Positions 8,730 to 18,775 of a DNA stretch of 64,000 nt are shown here, in pieces. The notes beneath the pieces were generated by a model that did no database searches, was not told the DNA's origin, and saw nothing but the letters and a program-made list of their open reading frames with translations. Position 1 is the stretch's first letter, and the number at the start of each line of letters is the position of its first letter. The position numbers and the translations under genes were made by a program. Source of the stretch: an uncultured Candidatus Saccharibacteria bacterium (GTDB lineage Bacteria; Patescibacteriota; Andersenbacteria; UBA10190); NCBI GenBank assembly GCA_964450915.1, contig CAYVFG010000003.1:3217-67216 (forward strand). The letters run 5' to 3'.

Positions 8730-9956
8730 TTATCGTAAAACAATCATTGAGCGAACATAGTTGAGGCCATAGCTTCTGTTTTGTCCGAGCGGGTCTTGCA
8801 TCTGGTATGAGTTGCCAACTTTTCCTTGGATGACGATAAAATGGGATGATCCGTCGGAATTAATTGCGCCTACTTGCGGTAAATAGATGCTGACGATAAC
8901 TGGGCGGCCCGCCTTGAGTTCGTCATCAACCGTAGCCCAGTTTACGCCAGTTTTTTCTTGGATAGAAAGTCCAACGCCCGACGCAACTGCATTTGTGTTT
9001 GCGTACCCGCCTCGGGTAAACCAGCTTGGGTGGTTTGCGATCTGTGCGGGGGTGACATGGTATCCCTTCTTTGTTGCAACCATGGCAAGCGATGTGATGA
9101 GGCATCCGTAATCATGAACGGTGTATGGACTGTATCCGAGCGTGTCGTAATAATTTAATTGATTGTACGACCAAGATGCTGCAGGGGCGGATACGATATC
9201 GTTACCCCAGTGGGCTTGCGCTACTAAGTTCTGTAATTTTCGCTGCGTTTCTGCGATCTGCTGCTTAATGACTGCCTGGTCTGCTGCATACGATTGAATT
9301 TGCGCCTTGGTTGCGGACAATAAATAATTCGTTTGATTCGTTTGATACGATAAATCTTTTTGATGCCCGGTAAGATTTTCGTGGAGGTTGCTTAAGGAAT
9401 CTTTTTGTTTTTGCAGATTATTTTTTTGCTGCTGAAGATCTGCTTGCAGAGCGCGCGTGTCGTTTACTCGCTTTTGAATGTTGTCTTGTAATTGCTTCAA
9501 GTAATCCATGTCGTTCGTCACTTCTGAAAACGAAGATCCGGAAAGAAGGATCGCAAGTTGGGGGGTTTGTGATTCAGTGTACAATTGCACGATTTCAGAT
9601 TCGAGCTGTGCCTGGAGCTGGGTAAGCTGCTGCTGTTCGGAATCTATGTATCCTGACACCTGGTCAATCTGAGTGGAGGTGTCGGAAATTTTGCCTTGGG
9701 TATCTTTGATTTGCGCTTGAGTTGTTTGGAGCTTGCTGCCTAAGTCCGCCAAAGCTTGTTTATAGCTATAGGCAGTTTGCTGTTTCTCGTTAATTTTTTG
9801 TTGTCCTTGGGCCAGTTTTGCTTGCAAGGCCTTGATGGCAGCATTGCAGCTCTCCGCATCGGTACACGTAACAGCTTGCGCAGATTGCAAAGCAACCGCG
9901 AAGAACATACTAGCTAACACGACGATGCTAGTCACCTTTTTCCAAACAATACGCAT
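8730..9956 (-). CDS. secreted coiled-coil peptidoglycan hydrolase-like protein with C-terminal C39-like cysteine peptidase domain (PcsB-like architecture)
   Basis: Signal peptide, ~230-aa Gln-rich coiled coil, then a C-terminal domain with YGCLITSLAMV catalytic Cys and a downstream HFIVIQG His. Confidence 0.65.
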   Translation of the reverse strand: MRIVWKKVTSIVVLASMFFAVALQSAQAVTCTDAESCNAAIKALQAKLAQGQQKINEKQQTAYSYKQALADLGSKLQTTQAQIKDTQGKISDTSTQIDQVSGYIDSEQQQLTQLQAQLESEIVQLYTESQTPQLAILLSGSSFSEVTNDMDYLKQLQDNIQKRVNDTRALQADLQQQKNNLQKQKDSLSNLHENLTGHQKDLSYQTNQTNYLLSATKAQIQSYAADQAVIKQQIAETQRKLQNLVAQAHWGNDIVSAPAASWSYNQLNYYDTLGYSPYTVHDYGCLITSLAMVATKKGYHVTPAQIANHPSWFTRGGYANTNAVASGVGLSIQEKTGVNWATVDDELKAGRPVIVSIYLPQVGAINSDGSSHFIVIQGKVGNSYQMQDPLGQNRSYGLNYVRSMIVLR

Positions 9957-10024
9957 GTGTTCTCATATAATACTGTTTTTTAATGGATTTTGCTAGGTTG
10001 TATATATTGGTTTACTGTCACTAT

Positions 10025-10594
10025 ATGCCTAAGGTGCGATTGGATGTGCTTATAGAGGGTTTTGCTGATGAGTCAAGCTTGAAACAGCATGGAACTGCTC
10101 GATATCAACCGAATATTGTGTTGATGCGTGTTGATGATCTAGTGATTATTGTAGATCCGGGAACGGTGGAAAGGCAGTCAGATATTGCGGACGCCTTGGC
10201 AGTGCAAGGCTTGAAAGTATCAGATGTGACACATGTTATTCATACGCATCATCATTTGGATCACAGTCGCAATACGGGAATGTTTATGGATGTTCCAGTT
10301 ATCGATGCATGGGCAGTGTGGAAGGGAGTTGATTACGACAGAAAGCCCACGGCTTTGCATGAATTAATTCGCTTGCAGCCAACCCCCGGACATTCGTATG
10401 ACAGCTTGACGGTATTTGCAGACACGGAAGATGGTATCGTCGCAATCTGTGGCGATGTATTTTGGTGGAAAGGCGACACGCAATCAGATGTATATGCAAC
10501 GGATGTAGAAGATCTTGCGAAAAGTCGCGCGCTTGTTCTTGAGCAATCAGATTTCGTTATCCCCGGACATGGTCCGAAATTTAAAACGAAGTAG
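10025..10594 (+). CDS. MBL-fold metallo-hydrolase
   Basis: HTHHHLDHSRNTG (HxHxDH) motif and downstream His/Asp ligands. Start at the internal ATG (MPKVRLDV). Confidence 0.75.
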   Translation: MPKVRLDVLIEGFADESSLKQHGTARYQPNIVLMRVDDLVIIVDPGTVERQSDIADALAVQGLKVSDVTHVIHTHHHLDHSRNTGMFMDVPVIDAWAVWKGVDYDRKPTALHELIRLQPTPGHSYDSLTVFADTEDGIVAICGDVFWWKGDTQSDVYATDVEDLAKSRALVLEQSDFVIPGHGPKFKTK

Positions 10595-10596
10595 GG

Positions 10597-11703
10597 TTAT
10601 TCGACCGCGATTGAAGTAGCGAGCCCTGCTTTGTTATATTGCCATACGATTTCTCCGGTTTGGGGGTTCACCTCGATAATTCTTCGTTTGCCGGCCTCAG
10701 AAATAAGAACGTTGCCGTTGCCGAGCTTAATGGCATCTGTCGGATAGTTCAGCGTTGATCCGTCTTTGAGCTGGTGCAAGGTCCACAGAATTTGGCCATT
10801 TTCAGTAACTTCAAACACCTCGTTTTTTAAATGATCTTCCGCGATAAACGTTCCGTCCGCAGTGGGGAATACATTTTGCAGCCATTTGCCCCCGACATCT
10901 TGCCATTGCCAAGCGATATTTTTTGTAGCTCGATCAATAATCATGATTTTGTTTGTAAGCGTGTCGGAAATTAAAATTCGAGAACCTTGGTCATCGAGCG
11001 GCATGGCGAATCGATTTCCTTTTAAGTATCCTGGCGCATCTCTCATCTCCGCTTTGTGCCCATACTCCCAAACGATCTGCTTTGTAGCTTTATTGATAAT
11101 AACAACGCGCCTGTTGTTTGCGTCTGTTACTAATACTTCTGTTCCATTATTGAGCAGGTACGCTTTTTTAGGTTGATGCAGGCATTTGTCGCAATATTGC
11201 TGGTTTAATACGCCATATTGCCATACGACTTCGTGGCTAGTGCGGTCTAATTCCTGAATGAGCATGCCGTTCGATGTAGCTGCCATAATGTCGCCATTTG
11301 GCGCAACGGTCATAAATTCGACGTTGGATGCTTGTCCGCTATCCGTAACAGACGGGAACGAAAATGTTTGAGACCATGTGAGTTGGCCCGTTGCGCGGTT
11401 GATCGCAGCGATGCGATCGCCGGAATAGTCCGTAAACCACACGGTACTAAATTCTCGAGGAGCGCTGGGCGATACGGATGGCACGGGGGAAGCGCCCAGC
11501 CCATTTGAAAGCATGTCGCTTATGGATTGAGACAATGGCAGGAGTGCGGATGAAAAATTGTTTTTTCCGGCAGGTAAGTTTTTTTCAGTTATAAAAAATG
11601 CATATATTGCAAACCCCGCAATACAAAAACATAGGAAAGAAAACATCGTAAATAAGCCGATTTTTACTGACATATTACGCTCTATATTACTCGATGTTGA
11701 CAA
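10597..11703 (-). CDS. membrane-anchored PQQ-like beta-propeller repeat protein
   Basis: N-terminal TM, then repeated W/Y-rich strands (IVWEYG, VVWQYG, IAWQWQ, ILWTL, IVWQYN) typical of PQQ/BamB-like propellers. Confidence 0.55.
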   Translation of the reverse strand: MSTSSNIERNMSVKIGLFTMFSFLCFCIAGFAIYAFFITEKNLPAGKNNFSSALLPLSQSISDMLSNGLGASPVPSVSPSAPREFSTVWFTDYSGDRIAAINRATGQLTWSQTFSFPSVTDSGQASNVEFMTVAPNGDIMAATSNGMLIQELDRTSHEVVWQYGVLNQQYCDKCLHQPKKAYLLNNGTEVLVTDANNRRVVIINKATKQIVWEYGHKAEMRDAPGYLKGNRFAMPLDDQGSRILISDTLTNKIMIIDRATKNIAWQWQDVGGKWLQNVFPTADGTFIAEDHLKNEVFEVTENGQILWTLHQLKDGSTLNYPTDAIKLGNGNVLISEAGKRRIIEVNPQTGEIVWQYNKAGLATSIAVE

Positions 11704-11741
11704 TTTTTACACCTCGTGTATTATGTTAGTTAATCTAACTA
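11696..11741 (+). promoter_or_regulatory. marR promoter (TTGACC-17-TATTAT) with downstream palindromic operator TAGTTA-N3-TAACTA
   Basis: -35 at 11696-11701, -10 at 11719-11724, palindrome at 11727-11741, immediately before the marR ATG at 11749. Confidence 0.5.
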
Positions 11742-11748
11742 TTTATAT

Positions 11749-12162
11749 ATGGAACAATTAGACCATTTAATAACGCTTATATTCGGCGTCGCGAAGCAGA
11801 CGAAGGAATATATAAAGTCTGCGGAGGGTATTACGCTTTCCCCCGGGCAATTGCAGACGCTTAAGTTCGTCCATGAACATAAGAACCCGCTCATGAAAGA
11901 CGTATCCGGATACCTGTGCGTAGCACCACCTTCTGCAACAGCTTTGATAGACCATCTTTCAAAAGGCGAATATTTAGACAGAATTGCAGATAAAAATGAC
12001 CGCAGAATAGTACGGCTCAAGATTACGAAGAAAGGCCAAGCAGAAGTAAAGAAGTCGTATCAAATAATGGCGAAGCATTTAAAAGAAGTGTTAAAAAAAT
12101 TAAGCGACACGGAAGTAAAGCAGTTTACAACTATTTTAGAGAAACTCTATGAACAAAAATAA
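11749..12162 (+). CDS. MarR-family transcriptional regulator
   Basis: 137 aa winged-HTH. LSPGQLQTLKFV...DRIADKNDRRIVRLKITKKG is a typical MarR pattern. Confidence 0.8.
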   Translation: MEQLDHLITLIFGVAKQTKEYIKSAEGITLSPGQLQTLKFVHEHKNPLMKDVSGYLCVAPPSATALIDHLSKGEYLDRIADKNDRRIVRLKITKKGQAEVKKSYQIMAKHLKEVLKKLSDTEVKQFTTILEKLYEQK

Positions 12163-13429
12163 TATTATTATCGGAAGTATTGCAGTAATCGTTCTTGCTG
12201 GCGCGGGATGGTTCGGTGCGCGCATTTTTATGACGCCGGCTCCTGTCATGCATGCTGTTGCAATTGGCAACCACGATGTTGTGCAAGAAGTATCTGCGGC
12301 AGGGCAAGTAGAATCTGTTGATACGCACGAGCTGGCGTTCGGAACAAGCGGAATTGTAAAAACAGTCCTTGTCCAAAAAGGCGATACGGTAAAGGTCGGG
12401 CAGGTACTTGCAACCCTTGATGCTTCAGATATTGCAATGCAGCGCGCAAGCGCCAACGCTGTAGTGATCGGCGATCAGCAGGCGGCGCAACAGAGTCTTG
12501 TAAACGCGCAAACTGCGTTGTCTCAGCTTAAGAAGGCAGATGCGGCAAGTATTGCAAATGCTACGCAAAAAGTGCTTGATACTCGCACATACATGAACAA
12601 GATGCAGGATATTTTTACGGATGTGAGCAACGACGGCGATATTGATACTACGTCGGTCACATATATAACTTCGGCGCAGGCGCTTGCGAGTGCAAAAAAT
12701 GCGTATAACGAAGCGGTAACAAGTTTGCATGCGTTACAGGCAAGCGTAAAGCAGACAGAATCGGGCGCGGAGTCCCAGGTAGCTTCGGCGCAGATTTCTC
12801 AAACGCTTAAATCGAGCACGATCAATGCATCTGGCGACTTGTCTGCAAATCAGGCGCAGCTTGGGTACCAAAATGCGGTGCTTAGTAAAACAATTTTGCG
12901 TGCTCCTGTTTCAGGAGTGCTTAGTTCCGTAGATGTGCATGTTGGAGAATATGCATCTCCTGCTAAGTCCAGCGCAACATTGCTATCACAAGCGCTTAAA
13001 ATTACGGCCAGTGTTTCCGAGAAAGACATTGCAAATGTCGAAGTGGGGCAACATGCAACCATTACGATTGATGCGCTAGGTTCTCAAAAATTTGACGCGA
13101 CCGTTACGTCTATTGACCCTGCTGCAACGATTGATTCGGGAGTAGCGTCATATGGAATTACTCTTGAGTTTGTAAAGCCGGATAGTCATATTATTTCCGG
13201 CATGACCGCAAATGTTGCAATTCCTGTTGCAGAAAAGAAGGACGTGCTCGCCGTGCCAGCTGACGCGGTATTTTCTGATGGCGATACGTATTTTGTGAAT
13301 ATTTCAGATTCGGAAAACAAATCTCATAAACAAACAGTGCAGCTTGGTATTCGCGGAACAAACGGATATGACGAGGTTATTTCCGGAGTATCATCTGGCG
13401 ACTTAGTTCTATCTTTTAGCTCTAAATAA
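12149..13429 (+). CDS. HlyD/EmrA-family periplasmic adaptor (membrane fusion protein)
   Basis: N-terminal TM, lipoyl-like strand (VKVGQVLATLD), long coiled-coil hairpin, beta-barrel/MPD region. Overlaps marR by 14 nt. Confidence 0.75.
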   Translation: MNKNNIIIGSIAVIVLAGAGWFGARIFMTPAPVMHAVAIGNHDVVQEVSAAGQVESVDTHELAFGTSGIVKTVLVQKGDTVKVGQVLATLDASDIAMQRASANAVVIGDQQAAQQSLVNAQTALSQLKKADAASIANATQKVLDTRTYMNKMQDIFTDVSNDGDIDTTSVTYITSAQALASAKNAYNEAVTSLHALQASVKQTESGAESQVASAQISQTLKSSTINASGDLSANQAQLGYQNAVLSKTILRAPVSGVLSSVDVHVGEYASPAKSSATLLSQALKITASVSEKDIANVEVGQHATITIDALGSQKFDATVTSIDPAATIDSGVASYGITLEFVKPDSHIISGMTANVAIPVAEKKDVLAVPADAVFSDGDTYFVNISDSENKSHKQTVQLGIRGTNGYDEVISGVSSGDLVLSFSSK

Positions 13430-13434
13430 CTTTT

Positions 13435-14088
13435 ATGTCACAAGAACAAGTTACAAATCGAACTGATCACGTTATCGGAATTTGGAACAGGCCAAGCGTT
13501 CGAATCGGAATAATCATAGGGCTCATTGCACTTATCGCGGGCATTGCTATCTGGATTCGAATTGAAAATAGCAGAGTGTATATTGAAAAATCTATTATCA
13601 CAGCTCCTGCTATTGAATTGTCGCCGCAAACATCGGGCACTCTTGAGCAAGTATATGTTCATGAAGGAGACGTAGTAAACGAAAATACGATTGTAGTGCG
13701 AGTTGGGAATGAACTGGTGAAAACAAAAACATCGGGGCAGATTGTGTATACGCTGAATACAGTAGGTTCGCTTATAAATCGCGGAACAGTTGTTGCGAGG
13801 CTGATTCACCCGCAAGACTTGCGCGTAGACGGGCAAGTGCAGGAGAACAAAGGATTGAGCGATATTCGCGTTGGGCAAACGGCCATGTTTACAGTAGATG
13901 CATTCGGATCTAAAAAATTTACCGGAGTTGTTGATGAAGTTGCTAATACGTCCAGATCCGGGGATGTGGTATTCAGCATTTCCGATAAGCGAGCGCAGCA
14001 AGATTTCGACGTAAAAGTTCGGTTCGATGCGAGCTCGTATCCGGAGCTCAAGAACGGAATGTCTGCAAAAGTTTGGGTACAGAAGTAG
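13435..14088 (+). CDS. second, short HlyD-family adaptor
   Basis: 217 aa. TM, then lipoyl-like segment (EQVYVHEGDVVNENTIVVRV) and C-terminal barrel (GQTAMFTVDAFGSKKFTGVVDEV). Confidence 0.6.
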   Translation: MSQEQVTNRTDHVIGIWNRPSVRIGIIIGLIALIAGIAIWIRIENSRVYIEKSIITAPAIELSPQTSGTLEQVYVHEGDVVNENTIVVRVGNELVKTKTSGQIVYTLNTVGSLINRGTVVARLIHPQDLRVDGQVQENKGLSDIRVGQTAMFTVDAFGSKKFTGVVDEVANTSRSGDVVFSISDKRAQQDFDVKVRFDASSYPELKNGMSAKVWVQK

Positions 14089-14094
14089 TCTGCT

Positions 14095-15579
14095 ATGGCA
14101 AACGGCGGTTCGTTAAAATGGTGGGTACTGTTTACGGTTATTATCGGCACGTTTTTGGGCCGTCTCGATCAGACGATCGTGAATTTGGCGTTGCCGAAAA
14201 TTATCGATGATTTCAGTATTACCGTAACGAGCGCAGGTTGGATTGCAACTGCGTACATTTTAGCCAATGCCGTATTCGTTCCTATCTGGGGAAAGCTCGG
14301 AGATACGATTGGCCGTAAAAAAGTATACTTGCTTGGCTTTATTATATTTATTATCGGTTCGGTATTGGCAGGGCTTTCTTGGAATTTAACTTCCATGATT
14401 ATTTTTCGCGTTATTCAGGCAATTGCAGGGTCCGCGGATTATCCAACTGCCATGGCAATTCTTGCCGTTACATTTGATAAGGGAAAAGAGCGCGCGCAAG
14501 CATTAGGCATCTGGTCTGCGTCGTTTGCCGTTGCCGCAGTGTTCGGTCCGCTGATCGGAGGCCCGCTCATTGACGCATTCGGATGGCGATCTGTGTTTTT
14601 AATTAATTTGCCAGTCGGACTAGTCGGGTTGCTTATGGCATGGATTTTCGTTACGGAGTCTACGTCGTTGAAGAAAACAGTTTCGTTCGATTGGTGGGGC
14701 GCAATTGCGTTGGGAGGCGCGCTCGCCTCGCTTGTCTTAGTGCTCGATAAGGGCATTGATTGGGGATGGGTATCGTGGCAAAGCGTCGCATGCTATATCG
14801 CAGTAGCTATTTTCTCCGCAATATTCTACAGAATTGAAACGACGCATGTTGAACCGATTGTAGACTTTAAATTTTTCAAATTACCGGTATTTACAAACGT
14901 CCTTATAAATAATTTCATCGTATTTATGGCAATGATGGGGAGCTTCTTCTTAATCCCCGTGTTTGCCTCCACATTCTTAGGGTATGACGCCACGCAAACA
15001 GGATACTTATTTATTCCCATGGCAATTGCAATCATGGTTGCTGCTCCCCTAGGCGGAAGCTTGACCGGGAAAGTAAGCGCTCGAACAGTTATTATGGGAA
15101 GCACGTTTGTGTCTGCAATCGGGCTATTTATGTTTTTAGGGATTGATGTGCGTTCGAGTGCGTGGGATTTGATTATTCCAATGGCAGTGATGGCATTTGG
15201 AATCGGGTTTGGGATGTCGCAGCGTACCGGAGTTATCGCGGCTGTTGTTCCTGATACGGAAATTGGTGTGGCGTCTTCTATTTTGGCTCTAGCGCGAAAT
15301 ATTGCAGGAGCATTCGGGGTAGCATTATTCGCAACTGTTTTACATAATGTTACGGAATCAAATCTGCTTTCTATTGCACGCAATAGTACGATCAATATTA
15401 CAAATGCTCTGCAGTATCATGAAGCAATTGCGCTTATGGAATTGCAGGCGCAAGTAACTGCATACCGAACGGTGTTTTATGTCGCAGGGTTTGTGATGCT
15501 TTTGGGGGCTATCACTGCGTGGTGGATCAAAGTATCCAAGAGCGCAGAAATGCACGACAAGGAAGTGATTGTTGAATAA
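14095..15579 (+). CDS. MFS transporter, DHA2 (EmrB/QacA) family, 14 TM
   Basis: 494 aa. GKLGDTIGRKK motif A-like loop, 14 hydrophobic segments. Confidence 0.85.
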   Translation: MANGGSLKWWVLFTVIIGTFLGRLDQTIVNLALPKIIDDFSITVTSAGWIATAYILANAVFVPIWGKLGDTIGRKKVYLLGFIIFIIGSVLAGLSWNLTSMIIFRVIQAIAGSADYPTAMAILAVTFDKGKERAQALGIWSASFAVAAVFGPLIGGPLIDAFGWRSVFLINLPVGLVGLLMAWIFVTESTSLKKTVSFDWWGAIALGGALASLVLVLDKGIDWGWVSWQSVACYIAVAIFSAIFYRIETTHVEPIVDFKFFKLPVFTNVLINNFIVFMAMMGSFFLIPVFASTFLGYDATQTGYLFIPMAIAIMVAAPLGGSLTGKVSARTVIMGSTFVSAIGLFMFLGIDVRSSAWDLIIPMAVMAFGIGFGMSQRTGVIAAVVPDTEIGVASSILALARNIAGAFGVALFATVLHNVTESNLLSIARNSTINITNALQYHEAIALMELQAQVTAYRTVFYVAGFVMLLGAITAWWIKVSKSAEMHDKEVIVE

Positions 15580-15659
15580 AGGGTTGCAACATACGAACAA
15601 AAGAAGATAATAACAAAACTGTACATTTACCCTACGCGTCGTAAGAAAGGACGTGCTCT

Positions 15660-16136
15660 ATGAAGTCGGGCGACTTGAGCGTGTTGTTTGGTCGGTTGGA
15701 AATAGTGAAGAGGTGCGTGATTTCGGAACTGAATTCCGGATACGTTATTTTGAGAGATCCTGTAAACAACGAATTTCTCATTGGTCCAAATGGAGCCGCA
15801 TTTCTTTCAATGCTCCTTCGATGTTCGCTGGAACCCGATGAATTGCTCGGAGCCAATTCGTTTGAAGGATGCAGTATCAGCGCGTTATGCGTTCGATACA
15901 GCAACGTTCTTAAAGTCTACTTTCGAGGCCACTCTACTTGGGAGTCTCAAGGAGAGGTAGCGCTTTGGGAGGAACGCAAAAGAGTGTTGAGAATCGAACT
16001 TGTCGATAGGACGGTAAACGCAAAGTGGAATTTTGCCGGAATCGGTATGCGGATTGTATATGAGACGCATACCGGAAAAGAGTGCGCGATTGTCTATGAC
16101 AATTCCTTGCGACCAATAAAGGAGGAACCCAATTAG
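15660..16136 (+). CDS. hypothetical protein
   Basis: 158-aa ORF with no recognisable motif, followed by a terminator. Confidence 0.4.
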   Translation: MKSGDLSVLFGRLEIVKRCVISELNSGYVILRDPVNNEFLIGPNGAAFLSMLLRCSLEPDELLGANSFEGCSISALCVRYSNVLKVYFRGHSTWESQGEVALWEERKRVLRIELVDRTVNAKWNFAGIGMRIVYETHTGKECAIVYDNSLRPIKEEPN

Positions 16137-16141
16137 TCAAA

Positions 16142-16174
16142 CCCCGCATACGCTCTGCGGGGTATTTTCTTATT
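16142..16174. terminator. bidirectional-looking terminator hairpin between convergent genes
   Basis: CCCCGCA-tacgctc-TGCGGGG followed by TATTTTCTTATT. Confidence 0.6.
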
Positions 16175-16179
16175 AATAA

Positions 16180-17013
16180 TTATCGAACAAGGAGAATGAT
16201 GCTTGCAAGTACTCCTGCAACCATGCAGTATATTGCAAACGGTTTGAGCGTATTTGTTTGAAAGAATTTGGTTAAGTATTTGATGGAAAAATACGCTGCA
16301 ACCCCTGCACACAATGCACCTACTACTGTTGGCATAAGCGCCACTTGGCCTGCGCCGTGGAGTAGTCCGGGAAGTTTCAGTGCTGATGCTGCAAAAATAA
16401 TTGGCGTTGCAAGGAGAAATGAATATGTTACGGAATCAGCATGGGTAAGACCTGCGAATAGACCCCCCGCTATAGTTGCCCCCGTCCTGGAGAATCCTGG
16501 GAATAACGCCACGATCTGCGCAATACCTACATAGAGCGCTTGTGCGAATGTGACGTTTTGAATATTTGATCCTGTTTTTTTCGGGATTAATTCCGCTACA
16601 TATAAAACAATTCCATTGAGCAATAAAAACAATGCAGCATAGCTTGGAAGGGCAAATAGCGTTTTTAATTTATGCTCGAATATAAGACCGAGCAATCCTG
16701 CAGGGATTGTGCCAATGATAAGCAGCCAAGCAAGTTTTGCATCTGCATTTGTTTTTACAAGCGTTCTATTGCCAAGCGATGCGAAAAATCCTTTTGCCAA
16801 TGCAATCCATGTCGTCCAATAAAAACCGATAAGGACAAGCGCCGTTGCAAGGTGCGTACCTACTAAAAAGTTCAAGAAAAACGGATCATTTTGCAAATCG
16901 TTCCAGCCAAGCAGTGCGGGAAAGATAACGCTATGCCCCAGGCTTGATATTGGAAATAGCTCTGTTACTCCTTGAAGTGCTCCTAAGGTAATTGCTTGAA
17001 AAAGTGTAATCAT
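16180..17013 (-). CDS. uppP: undecaprenyl-diphosphate phosphatase
   Basis: Start at the internal ATG (MITLFQAITLGALQGVTELFPISSLGHSVIF). Matches the UppP/BacA signature. The longer ORF-track N-terminus looks spurious. Confidence 0.85.
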   Translation of the reverse strand: MITLFQAITLGALQGVTELFPISSLGHSVIFPALLGWNDLQNDPFFLNFLVGTHLATALVLIGFYWTTWIALAKGFFASLGNRTLVKTNADAKLAWLLIIGTIPAGLLGLIFEHKLKTLFALPSYAALFLLLNGIVLYVAELIPKKTGSNIQNVTFAQALYVGIAQIVALFPGFSRTGATIAGGLFAGLTHADSVTYSFLLATPIIFAASALKLPGLLHGAGQVALMPTVVGALCAGVAAYFSIKYLTKFFQTNTLKPFAIYCMVAGVLASIILLVR

Positions 17014-17034
17014 ATCCTGTAGTATACTGTATCT

Positions 17035-18732
17035 ATGATGAACATCAGAAAAGCGCTGATTGGTGATATTTCTGCCGGAATTGCAAAGGCGGTGGAGGCT
17101 GGCGACCTGCCTGCTCACGCAGAAAAAATGGCCGTTATGGTGAAGCAAACCGAAAGCGTTGGGCATGGAGATTATGCCAGTCCGGTAGCTTTGGCAATTG
17201 GAAAGCAGGCGAAAAAAAATCCCCTTGATATTGTTGAAGTTATCGTCAAGCACATGCCGAAAAAGGAATATGTAGAAATGATCGAGGCCGCAAAGCCAGG
17301 TTTTTTGAATATTACGATCAGCACGGATTACTTAGCATCTCGCATGGACGATATTTCTCATGAAGATATTTGCGAGGCGTGCAATATCGGAAACGAGAAG
17401 ACGATTAATATGGAATTTATTTCCGCGAATCCGACGGGGCCGCTCACGCTCGGCAATGCCCGCACTGCGTTTAGCGCAGATACTCTTGCAAATGTATTTG
17501 TGTGCGCCGGATACAACGTGACGCGAGAATATTATATTAATGATGCAGGGGAGCAAATTCGGCGATTGGGTGAGTCGGTATTGCGAAGAATAATTCAGCA
17601 GGAGGGGCATAAAGTGGAATTTCCCGAAGATTTGTATCAAGGGGAATATATTTCAGAGATGGCAAAGGATATTGCCGAGGAATTTGCGGAAACGGAAAAA
17701 AAGAAATTCGATAAAGCTGATTTGGAAAACGAAGAATTGCTCGCGCGAATCAGCACGCTTGCCATGGAACGATGCTTGCTTGCCATCAAGAAAACAATTA
17801 GCGACGACTTGAAGATTAGCTTTGACGTATTTAGTTCGGAGCGCGTGGTGCGAGATAGCGGCGAAATTGAAAACGTTTTAACGAAACTTCGCAAAAAAGA
17901 ACTGACATTTACAAAAGAGGGCGCAGAATTTTTACAGACAACGAAATTCGGCGATGATAAGGATCGCGTCATTGTTAAAAAAGACGGATCGTATGCGTAT
18001 ATCACCCCGGACATTGCGTATCACCAGGATAAGTTCGACAGGAAATACGATATGATTTTTACATTCCTAGGGGCCGATCACCAGGGCCACATTCCGAAAT
18101 TGAAAGCGGCGCTATCTGCGCTTGGGAACGATGTTGAAAAATTGCACATGATAGTCGCGCAATTTTTGGCGATCACGCAAGGCGGAAAGCCGGTGAAGTT
18201 ATCTAAGAGAAAGGGTAATGTGTACGGCCCTAAGGATTTAATAGAAGAAATCGGATACGATGCCGCCCGCTTCTTTATGGTGCAGCACGCACTGCAGCAT
18301 CATATGGTGCTCGATTTGGAAGTTGCGAAAGAAAAGAGCGAGGCTAATCCGGTATACTACGTGCAGTATGCGTATGTTCGCTTACAGTCTATTTTACGAA
18401 AGGCAAAAGAAATGGGTATTGCGGTTGACGGTGATACAGAAATTTCAGAAAAAGTTTCGCTTACAAACGATTCTGAGCGAGCACTGGCGCTTGCCTTGCA
18501 CAAATTCCCGGAAATCATTGAAGATATTGCAGGTTCGTATGCGGTGCATCAGCTGGCATTTTTTGCATACGACTTGGCACGTGCTGTAAACGTATTTTAT
18601 CGAGATGTGCCGATTTTGGCAGAAGAAGACGAAACGCTTCGTCTCTCCCGCTTGCAGATCGCCCTTTCTGCGCGATTTGTATTGTCGAAAACCCTCGACT
18701 TGCTTGGAATTTCCAAGCCGGATGTGATGTAG
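17035..18732 (+). CDS. argS: arginyl-tRNA synthetase
   Basis: 565 aa. Class I HIGH-like region, QYAYVRLQSILRK motif, C-terminal DALR anticodon-binding domain. Confidence 0.9.
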   Translation: MMNIRKALIGDISAGIAKAVEAGDLPAHAEKMAVMVKQTESVGHGDYASPVALAIGKQAKKNPLDIVEVIVKHMPKKEYVEMIEAAKPGFLNITISTDYLASRMDDISHEDICEACNIGNEKTINMEFISANPTGPLTLGNARTAFSADTLANVFVCAGYNVTREYYINDAGEQIRRLGESVLRRIIQQEGHKVEFPEDLYQGEYISEMAKDIAEEFAETEKKKFDKADLENEELLARISTLAMERCLLAIKKTISDDLKISFDVFSSERVVRDSGEIENVLTKLRKKELTFTKEGAEFLQTTKFGDDKDRVIVKKDGSYAYITPDIAYHQDKFDRKYDMIFTFLGADHQGHIPKLKAALSALGNDVEKLHMIVAQFLAITQGGKPVKLSKRKGNVYGPKDLIEEIGYDAARFFMVQHALQHHMVLDLEVAKEKSEANPVYYVQYAYVRLQSILRKAKEMGIAVDGDTEISEKVSLTNDSERALALALHKFPEIIEDIAGSYAVHQLAFFAYDLARAVNVFYRDVPILAEEDETLRLSRLQIALSARFVLSKTLDLLGISKPDVM

Positions 18733-18775
18733 CAAGGTTTTTGCCTAAAAAGGGCATCTGCCGTATGCTACAAGC

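Noticed and set aside
16180-17253. ORF-track N-terminal extensions (uppP to 17253, rarA from 34159, recO from 23415, lepB from 54922, hisS from 55593, TrmB-like from 51558, MBL from 9983)
   Set aside because: The extensions run through promoter elements or lack family-typical N-termini. Internal ATGs match conserved protein N-termini and promoter/SD placement.
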